Part shown: piece by piece, positions 55,397 through 64,000 of the stretch
How positions within the stretch are numbered: the stretch's first letter is position 1
Layout: every line of letters starts with the position of its first letter
Source: an uncultured Chloroflexia bacterium
GTDB lineage: Bacteria; Chloroflexota; Limnocylindria; Limnocylindrales; CSP1-4
Direction: 5' to 3'
Length of the DNA: 64,000 bases
Assembly: GCA_963842755.1 (NCBI GenBank)
Contig: CAWJIC010000084.1
Location: 27,931-91,930 of the forward strand
Made by a program: the position numbers and the translations under genes
The notes under the pieces: generated by a model
Told to the model about the DNA's origin: nothing
Seen by the model: only the letters and a program-made list of their open reading frames with translations
Database searches by the model: none

Positions 55397-56331
55397 GGCG
55401 TCGTCGACGCGCCGGGCGAAGCGGACGCCACGGGCGAGGCGGACGTGCCGGCAGCATCGGCTGCGGCACGGATCAGGGCCGCCAGGACCTCATAGGAGGG
55501 GGATGGCGCCTGCTGGCCGTTGACGAAGATCGTCGGGGTCGAGTCCACGCCGAGCGCCTTCCCCTGGGCCGTCTCGTCAGTGATCGCCTGGCGGTTCGAG
55601 CCGCCGTCGTAGCAGGCGCCCCAGGCCGCCTTGTCCAGGCCGACCTTCACGGCGATCGCCTCGAGCCGGTCACGGCTGAACCGGCCCTCGTTCTCGCCCT
55701 TCTGGTTGGCGTAGACCCAGTCGTTGTACTCCCAGAACCTGTCCTGCTCGCCGGCGCAGCGCGCGGCCGACGCCGCGTCGAACGACTCGGGTCCCAGGAA
55801 CGAGAAGTCGTGGTAGGTCAGCCTCAGGGTGCCGGCCAGGACGAACTCGCGGATGAGGCGCGGCTGCACCGAGCTGGAATACTGCCCGCAGGACGGGCAC
55901 TGGATGTCCTCCCACGAGTCGAGCTGGACCGGCGCGGTTGCGGCACCGAGCGAGCGGCCGTCGCGGACCGCGCCGACGGGCACGTCCGAGAGCGGGGCCA
56001 CCAGGTCGACAGATGCCGAGCCCGGCTTCATACCGAGGACGACGATGAGACCGATCGCGACCACGACCGCCAGCGCCGAGACCAGGGCGATCGGCGACTT
56101 CCAGGCGGGCGGCTTCGCGGTGGACGAGCGTGCTGGCCGCCCGCCCTGCTCCCTGCGCAACGCCTCGCGGCGCTCGCGGCGGCTGGTGGACGGCGGGGTC
56201 GCGGGACGGTTCTTGTTCGGGCGCTGTGCAGTCAGGGCGGGACTCCTCGTTGGCTCGTCGGGTGCCGGCACATCGGGTGCAGATGATCGGGTGCGGGACG
56301 CGAGGGTGCGCGCCACGCCGGGCGGGCGCAC
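55393..56331 (-). CDS. DsbA-like thioredoxin-fold thiol:disulfide oxidoreductase (membrane anchored)
   Basis: The CPSC active site, a TM anchor IALVSALAVVVAIGLIVVLG and TPTIFVNG are present. The start is uncertain. Confidence 0.82.
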   Translation of the reverse strand: MRPPGVARTLASRTRSSAPDVPAPDEPTRSPALTAQRPNKNRPATPPSTSRRERREALRREQGGRPARSSTAKPPAWKSPIALVSALAVVVAIGLIVVLGMKPGSASVDLVAPLSDVPVGAVRDGRSLGAATAPVQLDSWEDIQCPSCGQYSSSVQPRLIREFVLAGTLRLTYHDFSFLGPESFDAASAARCAGEQDRFWEYNDWVYANQKGENEGRFSRDRLEAIAVKVGLDKAAWGACYDGGSNRQAITDETAQGKALGVDSTPTIFVNGQQAPSPSYEVLAALIRAAADAAGTSASPVASASPGASTTP

Positions 56332-56350
56332 CCGAAGAGCCTACCGCAGG

Positions 56351-56445
56351 CCGACCATCGGCTCGATGGGCCGATGGTCGGACCGTCTCGTGACCTCCGG
56401 CCCGTGCGGGCGAGGCCACCGCCACGAATGAGACCAAGTCTCGAC
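56351..56445. promoter_or_regulatory. Divergent dsbA/zur spacer with two palindromes (candidate Zur box)
   Basis: CCGACCATCGG-N9-CCGATGGTCGG lies at 56351-56381. AATGAGAC-CAA-GTCTCGA lies at about 56427-56445, immediately upstream of the zur GTG. Confidence 0.35.
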
Positions 56446-56453
56446 AGAATGCG

Positions 56454-56912
56454 GTGAGACCCGGTATCATCGCCCTCATGGGAGATCCGGGGCCGTTCGT
56501 CGCCGCGCTCGAAGGGGCCGGCTATCGCGTCACGGAGCCGCGCCGCGCCGTCGCCGAGCTCATCGCGGGGCGATCCGGCCATTTCGCCGCGGCGGACCTC
56601 GTGGCGGATGCCCGCGGCCGCGGGCCCGGGATCGGGCGGGCGACGATCTTCCGGGCGCTGGACGTGCTCACCGAGCTCGGGGTCATCGAGCGCCTCGACC
56701 TCCCGTCGGGCGATCATGCCTACGTCGCGTGCGAGCCGGTCCATCACCACCACCACGTCGTCTGCTCGCGCTGCGGGCGGACCGCCGACGTCGACGACGC
56801 CGGTCTCAACGCGGTCACCGTCGAGATCGCCCGCCGGACGGGCTTCCGGATCGACGCCCACCGCCTCGAGTTGTTCGGCCTCTGCCCGGCGTGCGCTGGG
56901 GCGGAGGCGTGA
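56454..56912 (+). CDS. zur: Fur-family metalloregulator, Zur by context
   Basis: ATIFRALDVLTELGV, HHHHHVVCSRCG and CPAC are present. It is directly followed by znuACB. Confidence 0.85.
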   Translation: MRPGIIALMGDPGPFVAALEGAGYRVTEPRRAVAELIAGRSGHFAAADLVADARGRGPGIGRATIFRALDVLTELGVIERLDLPSGDHAYVACEPVHHHHHVVCSRCGRTADVDDAGLNAVTVEIARRTGFRIDAHRLELFGLCPACAGAEA

Positions 56913-57901
56913 GGCGCGGGCTCGGCTCGGCTCGGACGGTCGGCTCGGCAGGCTCGGGCTCGGCTCGGGCTCGGCTCGGCTCGGCTCGGGCGGTCGGCTC
57001 GGCTCGCGGGGTCGGCGCCATCGTCGTCCTCGGGCTCGCCCTCATCGTCGCCGGCTGTTCGGGCGCCGGGCCGTCGTCCCCGCCGACGGGCGACGGCATC
57101 CGGGTCGTGGCCACGACGACCGTCTTCGCCGACATCGTCCGGAACGTCGGCGGCTCGTGCGTCGTCGTCGACTCGATCGTCCCGCCGGGGGTCGGCCCGG
57201 AGGACTACGAGCCGAAGCCGGACGATGCCCGACGCCTCGCCGACGCGAAGCTGATCGTCTGCAACGGCGGCGGCCTGGACGACTTCCTCGACAAGATGCT
57301 CGCCTCGAACGCGACGAACGCCCCGCGCCTCGTCCTCGGCGAAGGAATCCCGACGATCGACGTGAACGGCCGGCCCAACCCCCATTTCTGGCTCGACCCC
57401 TCGCTCGTCCGGCAGCACTACCTCCCGGCGATCGAGGCACGGCTGAGGGCGGTCGCGCCGGCCTGCGGGGCGACCATCACGGCGAACGCGGACGCCTACG
57501 CGGCCCAGCTCGACGCGCTCGACGCCGAGCTCCGGGCGAAGGTCGCCACGATCCCGGCCGGAGAGCGCAAGCTCGTCACCTTCCACGACGCCTTCCCGTA
57601 CTTCGCGCGCCACTTCGGGTTCGAGCTCGTCGGGGTGATCGTCGCCAACGTCGGCCAGGAGCCGACCGCGGCCGAGCTCGCCGCCCTCATCGACACGGTC
57701 AAGGCCGCCGGCGTCCGGGCGGTCTTCAGCGAGGCCCAGTTCAGCCCGAAGCTCGCCCAGACTCTGGCCGAGGAAGCGGGCGTGAAGACCGTCGTGACCG
57801 ACATCCTCACCGACGCCCTCGGCCCGCGCGCCGACTCGTACCTCGCGCTGATGCGCTGGGACGTCGACCGGGTGGTCGAAGCGCTATCGTCGGGCCAGTG
57901 A
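56909..57901 (+). CDS. znuA: Metal (Zn/Mn) ABC transporter substrate-binding lipoprotein, ZnuA/TroA family
   Basis: Lipobox IVAGCS is present, with PEDYEPKPDD, NPHFWLDP, FHDAFPYFARHFG and FSEAQFSPK. The GTG overlaps the zur stop. Confidence 0.85.
   Translation: MRRGLGSARTVGSAGSGSARARLGSARAVGSARGVGAIVVLGLALIVAGCSGAGPSSPPTGDGIRVVATTTVFADIVRNVGGSCVVVDSIVPPGVGPEDYEPKPDDARRLADAKLIVCNGGGLDDFLDKMLASNATNAPRLVLGEGIPTIDVNGRPNPHFWLDPSLVRQHYLPAIEARLRAVAPACGATITANADAYAAQLDALDAELRAKVATIPAGERKLVTFHDAFPYFARHFGFELVGVIVANVGQEPTAAELAALIDTVKAAGVRAVFSEAQFSPKLAQTLAEEAGVKTVVTDILTDALGPRADSYLALMRWDVDRVVEALSSGQ
56918..57010 (+). repeat. GCTCGG hexanucleotide microsatellite in the 5' end of znuA
   Basis: (GGCTCG)n with interruptions encodes GSAR/GSAG repeats ahead of the signal peptide. 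Confidence 0.75.
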
Positions 57902-57902
57902 C

Positions 57903-58782
57903 ATGACCGAGCTGACGACAACCCCCGCTCCGAGCTCCGCCGGCCGCGCCGACGAGAGTCGCCCGATCGCCGTCCGCCTCGAGGGCGTGAGCGCCGGCTA
58001 CGGGGACCGGCTCGCGCTCGAGGATGTCTCGCTGACGATCCCGGCGGGCTCGCTCCTGGCGGTCATCGGCCCGAACGGGGCAGGCAAGAGCACGCTCCTC
58101 AAGACGATGGCCGGGCTCCTGCCGCTTCGTTCCGGGCGGATCGAGGTCCTCGGCGCGGAACCCGGCGTCCATGCCCGGAGGGTCGCCTACGTGCCCCAGG
58201 CCGAGGCGGTCGACTGGGAGTTCCCGGTCACCGTCGGGGAGGTCGTGATGATGGGGCGCTACACCCATATCGGGATCGGCCGCGGCCCGGGACGGCACGA
58301 CCACCACCTCGTGGGGGATGCCCTCGAGACCGGTCGGCATGCACCGACGCCATCGATCGCCAGATCGGCGCCCTCTCCGGCGGGCAGCGCCGGCGGGTCT
58401 TCCTCGCCCGCGCCCTCGCGGCCGAACCGGACCTCTACCTCCTCGACGAGCCGGTGACCGGCGTCGACGCCACGACCCAGGAGGACCTCATGGACGTCCT
58501 CGAGGCGGAGGCGCGGGCCGGCAAGACGGTCATCGCCACGACCCACGACCTGATCTGCGCTGCGCAGCGCTTCCACCAGGCCGCCTTCCTCAACGGGCGG
58601 ATCGTGGCGTCCGGGCCAGCCCGGGACCTCGTCCTCGACCAGCGGCTCCTGTCCGAGACGTACGGCGGCCACGTCCTGGTCCTGCCGGGCTGACGGCGCA
58701 GCGGCTCGTCCTCGACGACGCCCACCACCACGACGAGGCGGCCGGCGGCGAGCGGCACTACCACGAGGAGACGCACCGATGA
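57903..58782 (+). pseudogene. znuC: Zn/Mn ABC transporter ATPase ZnuC with His-rich C-terminal tail, about 3 frameshifts
   Basis: Walker A is GPNGAGKST. VGMH / DAIDRQIGALSGGQRRRVFLARAL / LLDEPVTGVD lie in successive frames (shifts at about 58331 and 58345). The tail DDAHHHDEAAGGERHYHEETHR is in another frame after about 58690. Confidence 0.8.
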
Positions 58783-58795
58783 CCAGGGTCCGCGC

Positions 58796-59660
58796 GTGAA
58801 CGTCGCCGGCTTCCTCCTCGACCCGATGACCTACGGGTTCATGCAGCGCGGCCTGCTCGCGGCGCTCCTCGTCGGGGTCGTCTGCGCGGTGATGGGCACG
58901 TTCGTGGTGCTCAAGGGGCTCGCCTTCATCGGCGACGCGGTCAGCCACGCGGCGTTGCCGGGACTCGCCATCGCGTTCATCCTGGGCGTCCCGATCTACC
59001 TCGGCGGAGCGGTCGCGGCGGTCGGCACGGCGATCGCGATCGGGGTGGTGGCGCGGCGCGGGGGACTCCGCTTCGACACCGCGGTCGGGGTTCTCTTCGC
59101 GGGCACGTTCGCCCTCGGCGTGCTCCTGTTCAGCACGATCAAGGGCTACATCGATCGACCTGTTCGGCTATCTCGTCGGGAACGTCCTGGGGATCACCGC
59201 GGCGGACCTCGCGACAGGTCGACGGTCCTCGGGGCGATCGTCCTCGCGATCGTTCTCGTGCTCCGCAAGGAGCTCCTCTTCGCGACGTTCGATCCGGCTC
59301 GGGGCGGCGGCCGCAGGCCTGCCGGTCCCGGCCCTGGAGTACCTCCTCCTCGCGCTCCTCGGGGTGACGATCGTGGTGAGCATCCAGGCGGTCGGGATCG
59401 TCATGGTCGTGGCGATGCTGGTGACACCGGCCGCGACGGCCCAGCTCCTGGCCGTGCGGTTCGGGCGGCTGGTCGGGGTGGCCATCGTGGTGGCGGCGTC
59501 GTCCGCGGTGGTCGGGCTCTACCTCAGCTTCCACCTCAACGTCGCGTCGGGGGCGTCGATCGTGCTGGTCGAGACGTTCGTGTTCCTCTGTGCGCTCGTC
59601 CTCTCGCCCCGGCACGGCCTCCTCGTCCGCTGGCGCCACCGGCTCGAGCCGACCGCCTGA
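58796..59660 (+). pseudogene. znuB: Zn/Mn ABC transporter permease ZnuB, about 3 frameshifts
   Basis: GFMQRGLLAALLVGVVCAVMG and FIGDAVSHAALPG come first, then IDLFGYLVGNVLGI (shift at about 59155, ATCG duplication). Then come TVLGAIVLAIVL (about 59215) and AAAGLPVPALEYLLLALLGVTIVVSIQAVGIV (about 59300). Confidence 0.8.
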
Positions 59661-59903
59661 GGAGCTGAGCTCGGCACTCGAGCGCCGAACGTACCGGCGC
59701 GAATGAGAAGGAATCATCACCCCCGGGGCGAAACCCGCGAGTCACCATGTGCCTCGAACCAGGTACGACGCGCGTCCCCACGTCTGCGTCGACCGCCGGG
59801 GAGCCGCCATGGACCACGCCCTTCGACCCTTCCGCCCGAGCGTGGCCACGGACCGGGCCGCCGCCACGGACCGGGCCGCCGCAGCGGTCCGCCGGAGCCC
59901 CCG

Positions 59904-60572
59904 ATGCGCCTGACCGGGCCGCGCTTCCTCGTGCTCCTCGGCCTGCTCGGGATCGGCGTCGTGATCGCCACGGACCAGATCGTGCCGGCGACCTCCGAGC
60001 ACCAGGCCCAGATGCGGGTCTGGCTGGCGGCACGCGCCTCCGGCATCGTTACCTACCTCATGCTGACCTCCCAGATCGTCTTCGGCCTCATCCTCAGCCA
60101 CCCCACGAACCAGACGACCTGGAAGCTCTCGAAGCGGCTCTTTCCGTGGCACGAGAACCTGTGGGTCTTCGTCCTCTCGTTCCTCGCCGCGCACATCGTC
60201 AGCATCATCCTCGACCCCTACGCCGGGGTCGGCATCGCCGGCTCGTTCATCCCGGGCCTGTCGATCTACCGCAGCTCACCGGTCGCGCTCGGGACGCTGG
60301 GCCTCTACGCGCTGGTCATCACCGGGCTGACGGCGCGCTACACGAAGCTCCTGCCGCCCGGCTTCTGGCTGAAGATCCACCGGCTCGGCCTCGTCACGTT
60401 CGTCCTGTCCTGGCTTCACGGGATCCTCTCGGGCACGGACACCGAGGCGCTCCGCCCGCTCTACCTGGGAACCGGCCTGCTCGTCCTCGGCGCGGCCGTT
60501 TACCGCTACTGGGTCGCCCGCAAGGCGCGCCCCACGTTCTCCACCTCGCTCCAGGAGGCACCCTCGCGATGA
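59904..60572 (+). CDS. Ferric-reductase-like transmembrane domain protein (MsrQ/YedZ-like di-heme fold)
   Basis: Six TM helices with paired His in WHENLWVFVLSFLAAHIV and HRLGLVTFVLSWLHGIL. Confidence 0.78.
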   Translation: MRLTGPRFLVLLGLLGIGVVIATDQIVPATSEHQAQMRVWLAARASGIVTYLMLTSQIVFGLILSHPTNQTTWKLSKRLFPWHENLWVFVLSFLAAHIVSIILDPYAGVGIAGSFIPGLSIYRSSPVALGTLGLYALVITGLTARYTKLLPPGFWLKIHRLGLVTFVLSWLHGILSGTDTEALRPLYLGTGLLVLGAAVYRYWVARKARPTFSTSLQEAPSR

Positions 60573-61024
60573 TCCCGATGCAGCTCGTCCTCCGCCGCGC
60601 CGTCGTGGTCGCCGCGGTCGTCCTCAGCCTCGCGGTCGGAGTGCTGGCGGTCCGTGCAGCCGCCGCCTGGACCGCGTCGGCGGCGCCGCTGACGGCCGCC
60701 CCGGTCTCGGCCAAGACCCTCGCCCTGCAGCTCGCCGACGAGCAGGCCCGCTCGGTAACGCTCGAGGAGAACCTGTCCGCGCTGTCCGCGCAGACAACCG
60801 ACCTCGCGACGGCCCTCCAGGCCGCCCAGGACCAGATCGCCAACGACGCGAGGACGGCCCGGCAGCTCGAGGCCAAGCTGGCCGTGGCGAAGAAGAAGCT
60901 CCTGGCGCTCAACCGGTCGATCCAGCTCGCCGCCACCCGGGCGAGCACGGCTGCCAGGTCCTCTGGCGGTCCGACATCCGCCCCCGCCGCACCCAGGGAA
61001 ACGGAGGGCGAGGGGGATGACTGA
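60569..61024 (+). CDS. Membrane-anchored coiled-coil protein
   Basis: N-terminal TM, then a heptad-like region LEENLSALSAQTTDLATALQAAQDQIANDARTARQLEAKLAVAKKKL. ATGA overlap with the upstream gene. Confidence 0.6.
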   Translation: MIPMQLVLRRAVVVAAVVLSLAVGVLAVRAAAAWTASAAPLTAAPVSAKTLALQLADEQARSVTLEENLSALSAQTTDLATALQAAQDQIANDARTARQLEAKLAVAKKKLLALNRSIQLAATRASTAARSSGGPTSAPAAPRETEGEGDD

Positions 61025-61568
61025 AGCCCTGCGACCGACTCGCCCGATCGGGATCGGGCTGGGCGGCGGCGCCGACACGGGAGCCCCGGGCGTCGACGGC
61101 CAGACGGCGATGGCGGCAGCTCGGCCCGCGGCACGGCCGAAGGCGAAGGCCGCCGAGGTCCACCGGCCCCTCCACCTCGTCGTCACGGTGGGGCTGTCCG
61201 CGGGGGCGTACGCCGCGGCACTTGCCGGGGTGACCGCGCTCCAGTCCTCGAGCGAGCAGGCGCTCGCCGCGAACCACGCGCCGACCGTCGAGGCGATCGA
61301 CACGCTCCGTGCCGAGCACGACCGGCTCGAGGCGCGCCTGACCGCGGCCGGCGCCGCCTACAACGCCGCCGCGGCGGCCTACGGCGAGCTGACCGGCGGG
61401 CTCGGCCAATTCGAGCAGGGGCTCGGGGCGCTCGCGGCCCAGGTGAAGAAGGTCGAGGGGAGCGCCATGTCGCTGCCGACCTCGGTCCGCCTGCCGAGCG
61501 TCGGCCGCTCGAGTCAGTCCGCGTCGCGGCCGGCGACCCACACGACGACCGGCGCGTCCGGCGGCTGA
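61017..61568 (+). CDS. Membrane-anchored coiled-coil protein ending in a TGAS flavinylation-like motif
   Basis: One TM helix (LHLVVTVGLSAGAYAAALAGV), a coiled-coil segment, and the C-terminus ...RPATHTTTGASGG. The start overlaps the upstream stop by 8 nt. Confidence 0.6.
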   Translation: MTEALRPTRPIGIGLGGGADTGAPGVDGQTAMAAARPAARPKAKAAEVHRPLHLVVTVGLSAGAYAAALAGVTALQSSSEQALAANHAPTVEAIDTLRAEHDRLEARLTAAGAAYNAAAAAYGELTGGLGQFEQGLGALAAQVKKVEGSAMSLPTSVRLPSVGRSSQSASRPATHTTTGASGG

Positions 61569-61604
61569 TGACCGGAGCGGCTTCGGTGCCGACGGTCGAG
61601 GCCG

Positions 61605-62696
61605 GTGGGCCGAGGCTGCGCGGCCGAGGCTCGCGCGGCTGAGGCTCGCGCGGCTGCGGCGTCCGGCGCCGATCCCGGCTCCGCGCCCGCCGTCCAGCGC
61701 TTCGAGCGACGGGCGATGGGCTCGGCGCTGCGGCTCACCGTCGTGGGCATCCCCCCGGCCCGCGCTGAGGCCACCTGGCGGCTCGTCTCGGACGAGTTCG
61801 AGGCGGCCGAGGCGGCGATGTCCCGCTTCCGCGAGTCGAGCGACCTGACCGCCCTGAACCGCGCCGCCGGCAGCGGGCGGGCGGCCGCCGTGGACCGCCG
61901 GCTTGTCCGGGCGCTCGTCGCGGCGGATCGGGCGGGGCGCCTGACCGACGGCCGGTTCGACGCACGGGTCCTGGCGGACCTCGAGCGGCTGGGCTACCGC
62001 GGGGCCGACCTGGGAGCCGGCGATGCGAGCGCCAGCGGGAGCGCGGGCCCGGGGAGCGGCCCGGGGAGCGGCCCGGGGAGCGGCCCGGCCACCCGATCGA
62101 CCGCCTCGCGCTGGCTGTCCGTCGATCCCCGCGCGTCGGGCGCCGCCGTCGAGCGCCCGGTCGATCTGGGCGGGATCGGCAAGGGCCTCGCCCTCCGCTG
62201 GGCCTGGCGCGCCCTAGAGCGATCCGGCGTCGCGGCGGCCGATACCGGCACCGGCGCCGGCGCGCTCGTCGAAGCCGGCGGCGACCTCATCGCGGGCGGC
62301 CCCTCGCCGGACGGCGGCCCGTGGATCGTCGGCGTCGAAGATCCCCGGGGCGGTCCGGAACCCCTCGCCGCGATCGCGGCCCCGAGCGGCGCCGTCGCCA
62401 CGTCCTCCGTCCGCGTCCACCGCTGGCGGACCGATGACGACCGACCCGTCCATCACCTCCTGGACCCGCGGACCGGCGAGCCCGGGGGCGCGGGGCTGCT
62501 CGCCGTCACGGTCGCCGGTCCCGATCCCGCCTGGGCGGAGGTCTGGTCCAAGACCCTGTTCCTGGCCGGCGCCGACGACATCGTCGCGCTCGCGCGGTCC
62601 CGCGGCCTCGCGGCCTGGTGGGTCCTCGATGACGGCCGACTGGAGATGACCGCCGCCGCCCGCGCCCGCACGACCTGGGTCGCCGCCGAGACCTGA
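61605..62696 (+). CDS. apbE: FAD:protein FMN transferase (ApbE family)
   Basis: RRAMGSALRLTV, VDLGGIGKGLAL, HHLLDPRTGEP and SKTLFLAG are present. The start is uncertain (an ATG at 61568 is in another frame). Confidence 0.85.
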   Translation: MGRGCAAEARAAEARAAAASGADPGSAPAVQRFERRAMGSALRLTVVGIPPARAEATWRLVSDEFEAAEAAMSRFRESSDLTALNRAAGSGRAAAVDRRLVRALVAADRAGRLTDGRFDARVLADLERLGYRGADLGAGDASASGSAGPGSGPGSGPGSGPATRSTASRWLSVDPRASGAAVERPVDLGGIGKGLALRWAWRALERSGVAAADTGTGAGALVEAGGDLIAGGPSPDGGPWIVGVEDPRGGPEPLAAIAAPSGAVATSSVRVHRWRTDDDRPVHHLLDPRTGEPGGAGLLAVTVAGPDPAWAEVWSKTLFLAGADDIVALARSRGLAAWWVLDDGRLEMTAAARARTTWVAAET

Positions 62697-62705
62697 GCCG
62701 CCCCC

Positions 62706-63680
62706 TCAGCGCTCCAGGGCCGCCTCGAGCTCCGATCGCGTGGGCATCCCCTCGCGGGCGCCAACGCGGGTCGTGGCGAGGGCGCCGGCGACGACAGCGC
62801 GGCGGACCGCGTCGACCAGCGACAGGCCCTCGGAGATCGCGGCGGCCAGGGCGCCGTTGAATGCGTCCCCGGCCCCCGTCGTGTCGACCGCCCGGACGGG
62901 GATCGAGGGCACGTCGACGGTCGCCTCGCGCGTGACGATCAGGGCGCCCGCCGCCCCCAGCGTCACGACCACCGCCTCGCCGACGCCGCCGCCCTCCGCC
63001 GAGGGGTCGAGGAGCGCCCGGGCGGCCCGCGGGATGTCGGTCGCGGCGGCGATCCCGCCCGCCGAGGCCCGCCCGGAACGACGCGCCTCGGTCGCGGCGA
63101 GGGTGAGGAGCTCGCCCCGGTTCGGGGTGATGATGTCGGCCGCCCCGAGCACGGACCGGTCGATCCCATCGGCCGGCGCCGGGTTGAGGATCGTCCGGGC
63201 GCCGGCCGCCCGCCCGAGCCGGAGCGTCTCGCGCACGGTCGCCGTCGGGAGCTCGCGGCAGACCAGGACGACGTCCCCCTCGTGGATCCCGATCCGGGCG
63301 AGGGCCGGCCCGATCGCCTCGGGCGCGAGCCCGGCGTTCGCCCCGGACGCGACCGAGATGAGGTTGTCGCCGCGCTCATCGACGAGGATCAGCGCGACGC
63401 CGGTCGAGGTCTCCTCGAGCGTCGCCAGCGAGGAGACGTCGACGCGCTCCACGGCGAGTGCGGACCGGGCCTCCGCCCCGAACGCGTCATCGCCCACCGC
63501 GCCGACGAACAGGACCGGCCGCCCCAGCCGCGCCGCGGCCACCGCCTGGTTGCCGCCCTTCCCGCCGTGGTGCCGCTCGAACGTCCCGCCGGCGACCGTC
63601 TCGCCCGGTGACGGCAGGCGCTCCCCGCGGATGACCAGGTCGACGTTGACCGACCCGACGACGACGACCCGCCCGCTCAC
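62706..63680 (-). CDS. rbsK: Ribokinase (PfkB family)
   Basis: VVVVGSVNVDL, GGKGGNQAVAAARLG, NLISVASGAN and DTTGAGDAFNGAL are present. Confidence 0.9.
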   Translation of the reverse strand: MSGRVVVVGSVNVDLVIRGERLPSPGETVAGGTFERHHGGKGGNQAVAAARLGRPVLFVGAVGDDAFGAEARSALAVERVDVSSLATLEETSTGVALILVDERGDNLISVASGANAGLAPEAIGPALARIGIHEGDVVLVCRELPTATVRETLRLGRAAGARTILNPAPADGIDRSVLGAADIITPNRGELLTLAATEARRSGRASAGGIAAATDIPRAARALLDPSAEGGGVGEAVVVTLGAAGALIVTREATVDVPSIPVRAVDTTGAGDAFNGALAAAISEGLSLVDAVRRAVVAGALATTRVGAREGMPTRSELEAALER

Positions 63681-63719
63681 CGGGGCACCCGCTCCAGCCC
63701 GTCCTCGACCGCTGCCTGC

Positions 63720-64000
63720 CTAGCCGGTGATGTACTCGCCGCCGTCGACACCGATGACCTCGCCGTTGATGAAGTCGGTGCCCTCGCGGCTGAGCGCGAC
63801 GATCGCGTTGGCGACGTCCTGGGGCGTCGTCATCCGGCCGGTCGGGTTGCGCCGGGTGGCCGCCTCGATGATCTGGTCGTGCTCGGGGATCTTCATCAGC
63901 GCCGGGGTCATGGTCACCCCGGCCCGGATCGTGTTGGCGGTGACCCCGCTGCCCTTCCGGGCGAGCTCCATGGCCAGCTGGCGAACGTGCGACTCGAGCG
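63720..64000 (-). CDS. Short-chain dehydrogenase/reductase (SDR), C-terminal part, truncated by the window end
   Basis: The C-terminus reads ...ANTIRAGVTMTPAL...GRMTTPQDVANAIVALSREGTDFINGEVIGVDGGEYITG. Confidence 0.8.
   Translation of the reverse strand, partial: LESHVRQLAMELARKGSGVTANTIRAGVTMTPALMKIPEHDQIIEAATRRNPTGRMTTPQDVANAIVALSREGTDFINGEVIGVDGGEYITG

Overview
This is a high-GC (about 70-73% by eye) bacterial chromosomal window. Gene content and the frequent 4-nt GTGA/ATGA gene overlaps look Actinobacteria-like or Chloroflexi-like, but the taxon cannot be fixed from sequence alone. I could not run BLAST, HMM or RNA-folding tools, so all calls rest on reading the six-frame translations and the DNA.

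About 60 real genes are supported.
- Nucleoside hydrolase plus a four-gene ECF transporter (0.3-4.8 kb).
- Tandem universal stress protein (USP).
- CysO-dependent cysteine cluster mec-cysM-cysO-(rhodanese-MoeB) joined to sufU (5.9-9.8 kb).
- A lower-GC island with an orphan RHS fragment, a metzincin-like domain and a lipoprotein. It splits sufS from sufU (10.1-12.3 kb).
- sufS-sufC-Rrf2 regulator.
- An adenylate cyclase with three tandem sensor modules.
- A four-gene ABC importer operon that is riddled with frameshifts (18.1-22.3 kb).
- HAD hydrolase, polysaccharide deacetylase, BI-1, PduO adenosyltransferase, DUF59 and DUF433 genes.
- GNAT, septum-formation-like protein, DUF885, pabC and pabB.
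- DmpA peptidase, SirB1-like protein, S41 protease.
- kamA plus a small HTH gene.
- Membrane-anchored molybdopterin oxidoreductase, GAF protein, MMPL plus AttH-like lipoprotein.
- nirK (cupredoxin-fused), nsrR and an NnrS-like membrane protein.
- ECF sigma factor plus a large anti-sigma-like protein.
- VKOR-DsbA.
- zur-znuACB.
- A ferric-reductase-like/ApbE cluster, ribokinase and a partial SDR.

I saw no rRNA, tRNA, CRISPR array, transposase, integrase or phage genes.

The most unusual content is non-coding.
1. A six-copy family of 115-150 nt hairpin elements with compensatory stem changes.
2. A REP/BIME-like family built on CATCGC-N5-GCGATG hairpins (five loci).
3. A two-copy ~165 bp element that carries a conserved small acidic ORF.
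4. G-run tracts next to these repeats.

About 45 single-base frameshifts interrupt otherwise well-conserved genes. They concentrate in two ABC-transporter operons and often sit at homopolymers. The most likely cause is uncorrected assembly indels. Genes called pseudogene here may therefore be intact in the organism.
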